The notes under the pieces: model-generated
Database searches by the model: none
Seen by the model: the letters and a program-made list of their open reading frames with translations, nothing else
Told to the model about the DNA's origin: nothing
Program-made: the position numbers and the translations under genes
Assembly: GCA_036172245.1 (NCBI GenBank)
Contig: JAYWIR010000047.1
Span: forward strand, 744,001 to 808,000
DNA: 64,000 bases
Reading direction: 5' to 3'
Source of the DNA: Raillietiella orientalis
Taxonomy: Eukaryota
In this document: positions 37,700 through 49,399 of the stretch, piece after piece
Position numbering within the stretch: position 1 is the stretch's first letter
How the letters are laid out: every line of letters begins with the position of its first letter

Positions 37700-40600
37700 T
37701 GATGTCCCACGTTAGCGGGAGACGCATCGCGGGGAGTCGGCCGACCGAGGCTGGGATCTCCCTCGCGACGCCGTTGGCAGGCAGGCTTGCCGAGAACGTG
37801 TCTTCGGGACGGGAGGCGGCAAAGATGTGGAGGAGCACTGGGCGTGCCACAGCGGGAAGATCTCGATGATCTTGAAAACGCTTCCGGACCTTACGTGTAC
37901 CGAGTTCATTGTTGTGGCGCGGCGGCTCCACGCCCGGAGGATGATGATGATGAAATGGAGGTCTGCTGCTGCGCAGCGCTTGTCGGACCAACCGGGGGGG
38001 GAGGGGGAAGGGGGGGAGGTACGTCACCCAGTTCGTGTGCCCACCACCGAGCGGATCGAGAGTTTGTGCGCGCGCACGCGCACTCGGCTTTTTCGATGCT
38101 CGGATGCCGCCGTAGTCGGGGAGCGCGCATTCGTCACTGCGGGAAAGGAGGAGGAGGGCGGAGGAGAGATGCGCGTGCGCGCAGTGAGCCTCTCTACGTT
38201 GGCGGCGACGCTCGCCGCGAATCCCGGCCCTGAGAGAAGCGCGCGCGTAGCCCTTAATGCTCCTTCACCCTCTTCTGCGCAACGCAAGTTCTCCGCAATA
38301 AAACCGAAAACTTGAGGCGCGAATAGGGGCGACCGCGGCCGGGGGTCGCTCCGACGGCGAGCCACCTCGCTCACGGACGCGAAGCCAACGCGATGTTTTC
38401 GGTACCCGGAAAATCCCCACCCTCCTCCTCCTTCGGTTCCGTTCCGTGCCAGGCGAAGGGAGAAGTGGCGCGCGCGCGCGACAGGTTGCGTGCGAGCCAC
38501 CTCAACCCTTTCCACGCCCTGCTCGGGTTCGGTCGCAGCGGAGAGGACGTGTGGGAGAGGGCGTGGCGCATGCGTGCGGAGACGCCGTCGCCAGCCCGTC
38601 ATAAGCGCCAAGCTTGCACGCGTGGGTGAGAGGATACCACCGGACCGGTCGAGATCTTCCCAGCAGACTGGGGGAATGGGGACCAATGAAACCCCAATAG
38701 CCGGGACCGACCTGGTACGCGCGCGACGGGTACGCGCTTCACCCTTAGGGAAAGCGACAGACCTCGGCGACACGCGAGGATATCGCCGACCCACACAGGG
38801 CGACCTGAGGAGAGCCAGCGCCTGGAGCGTCCCGTCGCCGGTTGCTCGCGGTTGCGGGCCGTGAGGAAAACGGGAGGGGCATTGTTTCTGGGAAGAGGGA
38901 CCCCTGCACCTCCCTTCGAGTCGCGCAGAAGCCCGGGGGAGGCCAGTCGGAGGGTCCAAGGCTGGCACGGATTCCAGAGGCGTTCGCAACCTTTTCTTGT
39001 GGCGCGGGCAGGGTTGCCAGATTCCTCAGGTAACGGCCTGCTCTGTCGGCAGCCCCGGGAAGCATCTCCCCGACGTCCTTCCTTTTCCTGCGTGGGTGGG
39101 CGGCAGCGCGCGGGGACAGGGGGTCCTTCTAGGGCAAAACTTTTCTCGTTCCGGTGCCATGAGGAGGCGCCCGTGGAGCGGCCCGTTCGGGTGGGCGTCG
39201 AAGCGAGGCGCGCGAACGCCCAAGGCCGCACGGTCGCCCCTCCGCGCGGGTGCGAGGGAAGACGGCAGCGAGGGAAGCCGGACCGCTCCCCTCCCGGACT
39301 CTCCGGGACGGGAGTCCCACTTCCACATCGGGCCCACCCGCCGCGGCCCGAGGGCGTTCATCTATCCTTCCTCCCGCGAGCGGCAAGCTCCCGACGTCCT
39401 CTCGCGGCCACCGGGTTCCTCCGAGCTCCTCCGTGAGGAGGAGGAAGACGAAAGGAGGGCGGTGGCTGGCGCTTCTCCCCCCCCTTGAGGGTTCTCCTGG
39501 GGTCTCCCCAGATGCATTCGTCCTCAGCAAGACTGCTCGTCTCCCCCGCGCCTCGTTGCGTGCTCGGGACGTGTCCTGCCCCGGCAGCGCTCCACGCGCC
39601 GTTGAACAGGCGCGGCGCGTCCTCCCTTGCGCGCGTCCGCGGATTGTGCACGCGGGTGTACAAGGAAAAAGTATGTTCATGTTTACACATACGTGTACAT
39701 ACAAAAGGCGTGTCGCGTACGGAAGATCAGTGTCGGAAAGCGGGCCGGCGCCTCTGTGCGGCGACGGTCACAGGTCCCGCTCCCCCAGACCCTTCCCTTC
39801 CGAGCAGGTGATGAGCGCCGCTCCCCCCACTTTTCTAGCGCAAAAAAGGGCGCGGAAAGGCCGCCACCGGCCACGGCGCGGGAGGACTGGACTCCTCGCC
39901 GTCGGGGCTTCTCGGGAAGACCGGGTGCGGCGCCAGCAGCTCCTCGAGAGCTTCGTCCCAGTCTCCTGCCCGGGAAACCGAGCGTCCGATCCCGGGTCGG
40001 GTGGAGAGGAAAAAGGAGAGTCGCAGGAGCGGCCCCAAACGAGCGGGAGGGGCGCCCATGTCGACCCTCTCCGCCGCCGTTGCCGCGGCGACGACCGGGC
40101 GAAGAGAGCTCGCGCACGGTTCCGGGCGTCGCGTCCCGGAAGGCGGAGCCGCTCGCAGCCCCTGGTAGGATGGGAGGAAGGGGGTCCTCTTCTGTCCACT
40201 CTCCCTCCCTGGTGCCCCTGGGCGATTCCCCATTTGCTCTTCGCGGGCGACGTGGGCGGGACATGGAAAAAGAAAAAAAACCGGGGCTGGTGCGTCCGAT
40301 CCCGGAGGCCCTCGCTGGCTCGCTCGCGCCCCCATCCGCCTCCCTCGCGCGCGCTGACTCTGCTGCCACCGCCGCCGCCGCGGATGGGTGCTACTCGAGG
40401 TCATGAACCCGCGGTGACGGCGACGTCCGGCGGCGGCGGCGGCCGCCGCCGCGACGGGGGAGCGGTGAGGCCGCCCGCGCCGACTGTGGCCCTCGACCGC
40501 CGTTCAAGGCCCCCGCGCGCCCTCCTCCGCGGGGGAGGGCGCGCGGAAGGGGAAAAAGGAGGAAGGGGGGGCCCGGCCACCCCCGCTGGCGAGGGGAGAG

Positions 40601-42700
40601 TGGGTGGGGGCACGCGGCCTAGGGACGGCAGGAAGGCCGCCCGCCCCACATCCGCGGCCGCCGCGCGCCTGAACTCGAATGGGAGGAGCGAAAATCCCTG
40701 GGGCGGCCAAGGCTGGCCCAAGGGGCAGCCGAAGTGGGCCAAGGTTGAACACTTGACCTTTGCCTGCCGGCCATCTTTCACTTGGCTTTCGCTCGATGCC
40801 TTCTCCTCCCGGACTCACGGCCCACGGGCAGCCCCTTCGTCCCAGGGTACTGAGGGGGCGCGGGAGGGACGCGGGCAGCCGGCACCTCCTTCCCTCTCGC
40901 CGACCTCTCCCAGGCCCCGCTGTCGGGCGGGGTGGCTCTTCTGCCCGCTCCCCGCTGGGCTTGCGCCGCCGTCGCTCGCGCTCTGGAGGCCCCGGGCGGT
41001 CGGCGGACGGCGGGGGAAGAGGAATCACGAGGCTGCAGATCTCCGGCCCGGCACGGTCTGCCCAGAGGGTGGCGGGTGCTGTTCGCGGGTCAGACTGGAG
41101 TCCCCCTCCCCCTTTCCCCGCCTTCCGAGGGCAGGGAAGGGGTGCCGCCTTCCTGATTCGAATCCTCCTCCCTGGTTCCCCCCGTGATCCCATGCCTACC
41201 TCTCCTCTCCCGGAGGGCACCAGGGCGTTTCCCGATGCTGCTGCTGCTACGTGCGATCGCGGCCGCGGTTGCCTGGCGCCGGTGCGCTGCCTCAGCATCA
41301 CTCGTGGACCTTCCGTGCGCGACTGCGAGCCCTCCGATGTCAAAGGCGGAGAGCCATGTGCCGGCCGCGAGAGGCGCACGAGAGGGAGGGGGAGGAGGTG
41401 GTCACCGGGCGGTGCGCGCGCGGGCGCCGCCGCTGCGCGGCCGAGTCGCGCGCCGCGAAGGAGCCGCCGTCGGTCGCTGCCCGCACCCGAGAGGAGGGAC
41501 GAGGAGGGTAGGGAAGGCACCAGCGCTTCTTCCGCCCCCCCACCCCTCGTTTTTCTTCCCGCAGCCGCGCGCTCCAGGTTTCTCCCGACCCGCGAATCGG
41601 GTTCTCCCCTTCCCCCCCCCCCCTTCCCTCCCTCTTTTGGAGCGCGGCGGCTCCGTCGAGGCGTTTCTGTCTCCCCCCTCCGCCCTGAGGGTGGACCCGA
41701 GGGGCCGGGAGGAAAGCTGCCCCTCTGTCGCGCGCGTCGGCGGAGGCATGCGGGGGAGCGGCAAAGGGGGGGAGAGGAGGGGGGACAATCCTTCGGACTC
41801 TGGCGGGTGCTGGGGGTCCTCCTTTGGACGGGGGCCCCCGACTTGCTGGCGGGGGTCCTCGGGTCTGCCCCTCCTCCCCCCTCGGCCTCTGCGAACCGGG
41901 GGGGTACAGCAATGGAGGGAGGAGCTGGGGCCAAGGGGAGCAGGGAGAAACGCGCGCCCCGCATCTCCCCCCTCCTGGTCGTCTGTACGGGAACTCCCTC
42001 TGGGGGAAGAGCGGCGCAGGGAAGACCTCAGTCGTCACTCGTGCGGCCTCGGACTCCACCTGAGTCAGGTGGTGCTTTCTCACCCATGAGGGCTGGGTAG
42101 GGGGGAGATCCATGCTGGGGCAGCGGGCCGCCACTTTCAAGGGGATCCGCCGTCTCCCAAGGGGAGTTTTTCTCTAAGGGAGGAGGGGAAGGAAGGCATG
42201 GGGGACGTTGCCCCCCGGGCCCTCACTGGCAGGCGAGAGTCCTGAGAGTTTCCCGAACCTGGAGTTCCATGAGGTGGAGCGCGACCCACCCTTCCCAAGT
42301 CCCCTGGTGGGGCAAGGGAGTCCTCGAGGCTGAACTGAAGGACCGTGGGGCTCCCCACGACTCCGTGCCCTGCGGCAGCTGCTCGGTTGCCTCGCGATGG
42401 TCGCCGTGAAGAAGGGAAGGGCCGCCGCTCCTGCGAGCCCCGAGGAGGTATGATCAGGCGGAGGCGCCCTCGGGGACGCGGCTCGGGGGGACGGAGAGCT
42501 GGGTGTCATCGCTGGTTGCCCGGGTGCCGCCTCGCAGCCGGCCAGAGCCGCCAGACGGGGGAGGGGCGGCCGCGACGACGCAGTCCGGGGCAACGGGAGG
42601 ACCCTCCGGAGCCACGCGTCCCCTGGGTCTTCCCTGAAGGTGCGCGAGCGTCCTCGGGAGGCGGTGTGGGAATCCGCGTCCTGGGGAAGGGGTAGCAAGG
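37700..42700 (+). mobile_element. GC-rich decayed LINE (ORF1-like, EN, RT traces)
   Basis: SGKISMILKTLPDL...RRMMMMK (ORF1-like), ARFLR*R (FLQET-like, about 39020) and RVLGVLL (KILG-like, about 41810); very degenerate. Confidence 0.4.
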
Positions 42701-43399
42701 ATATCCGCTCCCCCTTGCGTCCTCTAGGACGTCCGGCGTCTCCGGTGTGCCTCGGAGCGAGGGGGGTAGGGGACAAGGAGAAGAAGCGTGCTTCTCTCCT
42801 CTGAGAGGAGAGTCGGGGTCCCCACGCACCTGCACACCTTCCCGGCATGGTGGTTCTCCCTGTGTTCCTACACTGCGCCTGCGCTTCCATTTCTCCGGCG
42901 AAGCGCGACGGCGGCCGCACGCTCGAGGTCGCCCGTCCGCGAACCGAGCAGCGAGGGAGAGAGGAAAAAAAAAAAAAGAGGAAGAAAAGAGAAAAAAAGA
43001 AAAAAAGTAGGAAAAAAAAAACAACCGTTCGATTCCACTGGAGCGCACGATTGCGGGGTCCAGCCTGCTCCTCGCTTCCCGCCCGTCCGTGCCAGCGGTT
43101 CGCGCGCTTCTCGTTTTTCTTTTCCTTCTTTTTTTTTTTCCTTTTCCCTTCGGTCGTGACGCCACGCGCGCGCGCATGCACTCTGCGTGCGGGTGGCGGC
43201 GGCGAATCGGGAGATTGGGAGCTGCGGCGATGGGAGAGGCAGGCGGAGGTCCGGACCAGGGAGAACGCCCGGCCACACCGCACCGTGCGGCAGGCCCCTT
43301 CGGGACAGAAGCGCAAGGGGCCGGAGAGCCTTCCCTCATCCCGTTCCTGACGGCCTCGAAGCCCCCTCCCCCTGCCTCCTCCGTCCTCCCTGGACGCGC

Positions 43400-46300
43400 G
43401 CGGTCTCCTGGTGTTCGGAGTTGGTACCGCCGTCTCTGACGACTCGCGGCGGCCACCGAACGGATCGCCGTCTCTTGGAGCGCAGTCGCTCCCCGACAAC
43501 GCGCTGACTCGCCGCTGCATGGAGGGTGACGCTCACCCCGCGCCGATGGCTTCGTCCTCCCCAGCTGGGACTCCACAGTCCGTGCCAGCGTCCCCGGAGC
43601 CGCTTCTGCGTTTGGACGGCGGTGTCCCTCCGCCTCTGATGCATCCCCGCATGACAGGAAGGGGGAAAAGGGGCCCGCACGCGTCCTGCTTCTCTCGGAG
43701 TGTCCGTGGGGAGGTGCCGAGGGTCCGGAGCCTGCCTCCTGCGGCTTCTCTCTCTTGAAGAGCCTCCCCTCACCTTCGCGAACGTTTCTCCGGGAGGAGA
43801 GGTGAGGAAAGATCTCTTGCGGCTCCGGCCAAGCAATAGACCACGGAGCAGAGGGACGCTTGGAGGACAGGCACGGCCATCTTCCTTCGTGGGTGGCTTC
43901 CTCTTTCGGTTAGGGATTGACGCAAGACCCAGACATCCGAACCTTTGGACAGCTCCTCCGTCTCCCTGGAAACATCCCTCCCCCCTCCCCTTCCCCCCGA
44001 AAAATTTCCACGCATGCAAGACTCTATGCCTGACCCAGCAGAATGGATTGCTGATCCAGAGGTCTGTGTTTAAACCGCGACCTTGGTGGACAGTTCCCGC
44101 CGAGGGTTTCGCTTGACCACTGTCCCCATATGCGTCCATTCCTGGGTGCAAAAACGACCCGTGTTGCTGCGTTCGTGAGCCCCCTTTCAGGGTGAAGGGC
44201 GATGAACCCTCACTCGCCGGGGAACGTGCGTGCCACGACACGGGGAGCAGAAGGCACGCTCTTATCGGAAACCCGGCTTCTCTCGGACGCCCCGGGGGTG
44301 CGGCCTCCTCCCCATGGGTGAGCCATGGGAATCTCGTGCGGGGCCCGCGAGTATCTCAGAAACCATTCGGCTCGGCCCGGGTCCGGCTGGAAGGACGACG
44401 ACGATAGACTGGCTCTTCCGCCTCAATTTTTCCCAAGGTCGAGGGATCCTTCCGCGTTGACCAGTTCTGTTTCCCGTCGCGACCTTGAAGTGCGACCAGG
44501 ACTCACAGGACTCATTCCACCCTGCTTTGATCTTTGGATCGATGCACTCGGAAATCATCACTTTCACCACCCCGTCGCTGCGCTCCTCGAAGCTCGAAGA
44601 TGAGGAGTCAGCTCCAGACCTTCCCCGATCGCGCACACCTCGCCCTCGAGGATGGGAGGGGAGGGATATGCAGAAAGCCGGCGCGCGCCCGCCATGATAT
44701 GGACACCGTCCAGCTTCCAACTCTTTCGCACAGCTCGTTGCAGATCCAAACTGATATCTGATGAGGAGGCTCTCTTCTCCCGATCGCCTTATTTATGTAT
44801 CGTCGGTTCGTGTTCGGGATCTTCGGACGGCGCAGCGCATACCAAAAGCTGCGCTCCCTCGGGAGCGACCACGGTTCACTCGGAACCAACGAGCAGGTGA
44901 TGAGACTTCCATGAGAATGAGTTGGGCGATCACTGCTCAATTTGGGCAAATGAAACAATTCTGTGAGCTCCACCCTTAGCAGCCGCTTCAGCCGAGTGTC
45001 GAGATCTGGGACGACGCGAGGAGGAGGGGAGGAGGTTCGTGTCTTTCCAGAACTGGGGTCTTTCGAGGATGCGAGGAGGTGCTCGGGTCCTGCGGGTTAT
45101 TTGGAGAAGACTGCTTTGGTCCTCCTCGCGGGCACAGTGGTTGCTTGAACGGCTGCGCGGGAAGGAGCAAATCGGTTGCGAGGGAGGTGCACGTCCATCA
45201 CATCACGAACGGAGCCCCTTTCCGCAGATAGCACGCCCACTCCCGCGACCGTGCCATCCCCCGTCATCACCTCTCCGGACCAACCCTACCCTCGAATCCT
45301 CATTCGAGGGTAGGGTTGGTCAGTCACCCGGAGCATCCTGGAGACGAAAGAGTTTCCGTAAGCTGGATACTGCAACAGTCCTCCCAGACGGGTTTCGAAA
45401 GTTCCGTTCGAATTTCGAGGATTTTTCCTCCTTTTCTCTCTTCCTTTGCCTTCCTCGAGAGTCCGTGCTCTGTGTTTTGTGGCTTCGGACCAGAGCAGTT
45501 TCAGCATCGAAGACTGCACTTCTTTCTTCCTCGTCCTTCCGCTGCTGGTGGTGCAGCGGGGCGCAAATCTCCTCTTTCAAAAAACGAGAGTGTCGTGAGC
45601 GCGCCAACTTTCGATGTCATTCAACTGACTCGAATGACATCGAAAGTACACGCTTCGGCTGTACATATACTGACTCGAACTGGCTGGTTCGCGGGCGCTT
45701 TCTTGTTCCAGGGAAGGAGGTTCCATCCGGTTGTTTTTTTTTTTTTTTTTTTTTAACTGAAGAGCGCTTCCACTGGCGTGCAGAGGAACGGATTTTGCTT
45801 GCACCTGACATATCAAGCGCACCGTGCCATCCATGGAGAGAGAATACCTGGATCAGCAAAAAAGCACGAATGGTCTCGCCGCGAGGTCGAAATGCCCGAC
45901 TGTTTGTGGTCCCTGACCTGGATTGCAAGGGACCAATCTGGGATCTCCGGCGCATAGCTGGGATCTTCACAGAGGGCATGCGAACCAGCACTACCTGAGA
46001 AGCGGAGGACGGCTTACTCTTCATCCGCTTTTTTTTTTCGCTCATACGCGGTGACGTGCAAACTGCCTGATGCAAGAAGAAACTGGGGACAGGAAAAAGC
46101 TTCGCCCAGGGCTGAAAAATCCGTATAGAGATTCAGGCATTTCAGGATCTGTTCATCTGTAATTCATCGCGCCACCAGGGAAGATCTTGTACCGAAACAC
46201 ACGAAAACCGAGGCGCTGCAGACTCAGTGTCTCTTGGTGCAGGTGCCAAGAATTCGGCTCGCAGCCCGACGGTTCCGAAACAGACTGCCACCGGAAACCG

Positions 46301-48350
46301 ATCAGCTAGCTGGTCGTCGTCGAATCGTCATGCGCCTCAGCTCTCAGGAGATCCTTTCCCTTTTTTCGATCTCTGCTGAAGAAAAGATCCGTTGAGCGTC
46401 TCGCGGAGAAGAAATGTCGCTTCACCTTGCAGGACCTGCACTTGAGGACCAACGGCTCGCAGAGTGCCAAGAACTGTCCAGTTTACTTCGTATTGTGTCT
46501 CTGGCTACTGGTATACTGGTAGGGACCAGCGGCTTCGCTCTCTGGCGGATGAGCAGGTGAGGTCGGTCCCATTCCGCGAAACTCTCATCGGCCTCACCAT
46601 ACTCTACGGAAGAGCTTTGGAACACGAAAGAACTTTCCCAGCGGATCGCTCGGCGATCCTGCCAGTTGCAGTAGCGCAGGAAGACAATGCAGGGCTCAAA
46701 GAGAGAATCTGGGAATCCCCTCTAACAGGTCGGCATCCTATGCCAACTGACCTGCAAACGGACAGTGGACGCATGGTCGTGACCTACCCATTCTTCCAGC
46801 TTCTCTCTGAGACGAACTTGCTAGGACCTTCTTCCAAAGATGTCACTCCTCTCCTGCGATCAAGGGCGTTTGAGCTGTTCACCACCAAACCTCCTCTTCC
46901 GCTGTGTTACCATGATGCTGCGTCATTTGCGTTCGTTCAGACCTGAAGCGTCTGCCAGCAAACAGGGTCTTCCGATGGCACGAAGAGAAACAGAGGAGAG
47001 GAGTTATAGAACCCAGTGGTATGGACCCCCTGGGCCACCCAGACGCCAGCGCCGTCATCAACGAAGCACCTGGTACGTGAGTCGCTTTGAGACGGTTGCT
47101 TAGAACTCAAGGACAATGAAGGCTAGAGGCGTCGGTCTTCATCGGACAAAACTCAAGCGATTACAGAATTTTCTCCTGTTATTCCAAATAAGTGTACGGT
47201 GAGAAATGAAGATTTTTTTTCATCATGGCTTCTTGCACCACCCGGAGGTAGTCAGACTTCCTCGTTTCCATACAGCCGCTCCGTGTACTTCAAGGAATGC
47301 ACTCTTCTCCTGAATTTTTGGGGACCTGAAAGCCTCTGCTTTGCACCCGTGGAAGGGACTACGGAGGCTACACCAAAGGCGAAGTGCCCCTGAGGTGAAT
47401 TTCTGTTTCCTAGGAAATGTTCGGAGCTCATCTCAAACGTAGAGATGGTGGGGAACTGTCCCTCGGTTGGAAGCTCCACTTTTCGGGCTGAGGAGAGACT
47501 TCATGAGATTTTACGGGGCACGGAGACACCTGTTTGAAGGAAGGGTTAGGAGAAGGAGGAGGAGCAAGAATAGGCGCAGCAGGCAGGGATCACACTCCAT
47601 CCCTTCGGGGTCGGTAAGGATAAACCCGGATTCTTCGACGGGGGGATCCGCTCTTTCTCCAGACCTTAAGGACGACAGCATTCCGATCACCAACCAATCC
47701 CGCGCGCTTTACCTTGATTCGTTTTTTTTTCTTTCGAAGAGATGGCAGCCGAAGCGCAAAGAAGTTGGAGTTTCTCATTGGGGCCCTACTTGCGCCGTCT
47801 TTGCTGTCATAAACTTCCAAAAAGGTTCGTCTGGAGGCACGGTGCCTCCCCCCAAAAGTAACAAGTGCCAGGAACTTAAGATTCATCCTTCCTCCACAGA
47901 AGTTTCCGTCTTGCGGAAAGAACTGACCTTTTCTGACATCCGGGAATCGCCGACGAAGCCTCTAATGCGATGACTAAGAACACGTAGACATATCCATGCT
48001 TCAAGGTTCTTATCTCCTGCATTTAAGCAGGAGGCACAAACTCCTAGGCATCTGATTCGCACATGCAGTGAAGGCACGAAATGAAATCATCAGCAGCGTA
48101 CCAGAGAACTCTGCGACATGGAATGCTTACGTCTCCTGCTGTTGGGCTTGACGGAAGGCAGTCTCGAATTTTTCCGGCCTTCATGTGATGACTGGCAAAC
48201 CACATAACGTTGTGCCTTCTCTTGTGTTTTTCGAGGTTCTTCCATCATGGGCGATGAACCAGCCCATGCTTCCAATACGCACATCCCGGGAATTCCATGA
48301 GCTTTAACACATCACTTCTTTTATGATGTGCTCCACCTGTTTCTGGGGAA
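43400..48350 (-). mobile_element. Decayed L1/Tx1-like LINE ORF2, complete span
   Basis: IRCLGVCAS...GFVGDS (NVYAP...GDFN), LVTFGGRHRASRRTF..DSKDGASRA (D.WR..HP....T....SRID), RYKIF (about 46180), QYMYSRSVYF (YADD region) and FCWVRHRVL (C-terminal) are colinear on the minus strand. Confidence 0.7.
45607..45647. repeat. Perfect 16-bp inverted repeat with 9-nt loop
   Basis: actttcgatgtcattc - aactgactc - gaatgacatcgaaagt. Confidence 0.95.
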
Positions 48351-49399
48351 TTCTCGATTCCCTCAGCAAGCCATCATTGCTCCGAAGATCACAGAGATCC
48401 TACCGCGATCGTATGGTAGAGGGCACACCTTTGGACGGGAAGTAGGGAATCGGCTCCCAATGCTTGTCCCTACCAATGCTATGGGTGAACACTCATAGGG
48501 GCAAGCAACGTTCAGAATGAGCACTTCTCTCCCTTCTGCAGTCTTGAATTTGTTCTCGTTACACTGTGCACGCTCATGTCGATCATGCGTGAGGCATGGC
48601 GTTGGCAGCTACGAGTTGGCAGCCTAAGGAGCGTCACCAATCGACAACCGTCGTCAAGGTATTTAAGTTTAGCATGTCAGTAAGCGAAAGCAAAGTGAGG
48701 ACTCCTGTCGGGTCATTCAGGATCAGCATCTGATTCTGCTGGCGGAAAACCAAGTTGCACCACCTCTTCATGCGTCAACCGTGCGAAAAGGAGTTCGGAG
48801 CAGCCGAGCGGTGAGGACCACCGCCGTCTTGTGCTCCTGCGGCTGCCAGCAGCCAAACTCCCGAGCATCCGCAGGCGGAGGGCGACGCGCGGAATTCCGG
48901 CCCACGTCGCTTACCAACGGTGAGGCTCGCGCAGCGTGCTGTCCACCGCGGGGCCGTCAGCTGATTTGCCGGGCGCAGGCTTAGCGCGCTTTTGCGTCAT
49001 CCGTGGCGCAGCGAGGGTTCCTCCCTTGCAGCTTAGACGAGCGTCGGACGGCCCGAGTCCTGTTCAGGTTCCATCCAGCCCCCCAGCTCGGCTCGTTTGC
49101 CCGCAGAGCTCTTCCCGGCGAGCTCGGACTCGACGACCGATTCTGCTTCCCATCTTTCATCTTTTTCCTTTTCTCGCATGCAGAAAGTGCAGCGAGGCGC
49201 AGAGCCGAACTTTGCACAGCTCCGAAAGGAATTTGGGGTTTCTTGGAGAGAGATCGTCCGTCATCCATCGGTTGGTTCGCCTTGAATCTTACGGTTGGCA
49301 TGGATGCGCTTGGAGATGTTCACATCCTGCTTGCTGATCTGAACCGTTTTTCTTTCTTTCTTGCATACATACATGCATATATATACACATATATTGTTT

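Noticed and set aside
33500..37700. U7 snRNA or histone stem-loop linked to LSM11
   Set aside because: I saw no U7-type Sm site with a 3' hairpin and no histone stem-loop by eye; an Infernal/Rfam search would settle it.
39250..41187. 645-aa ORF, the longest in the track
   Set aside because: No true ATG start, low-complexity composition, overlapping ORFs on both strands and no recognisable domain.
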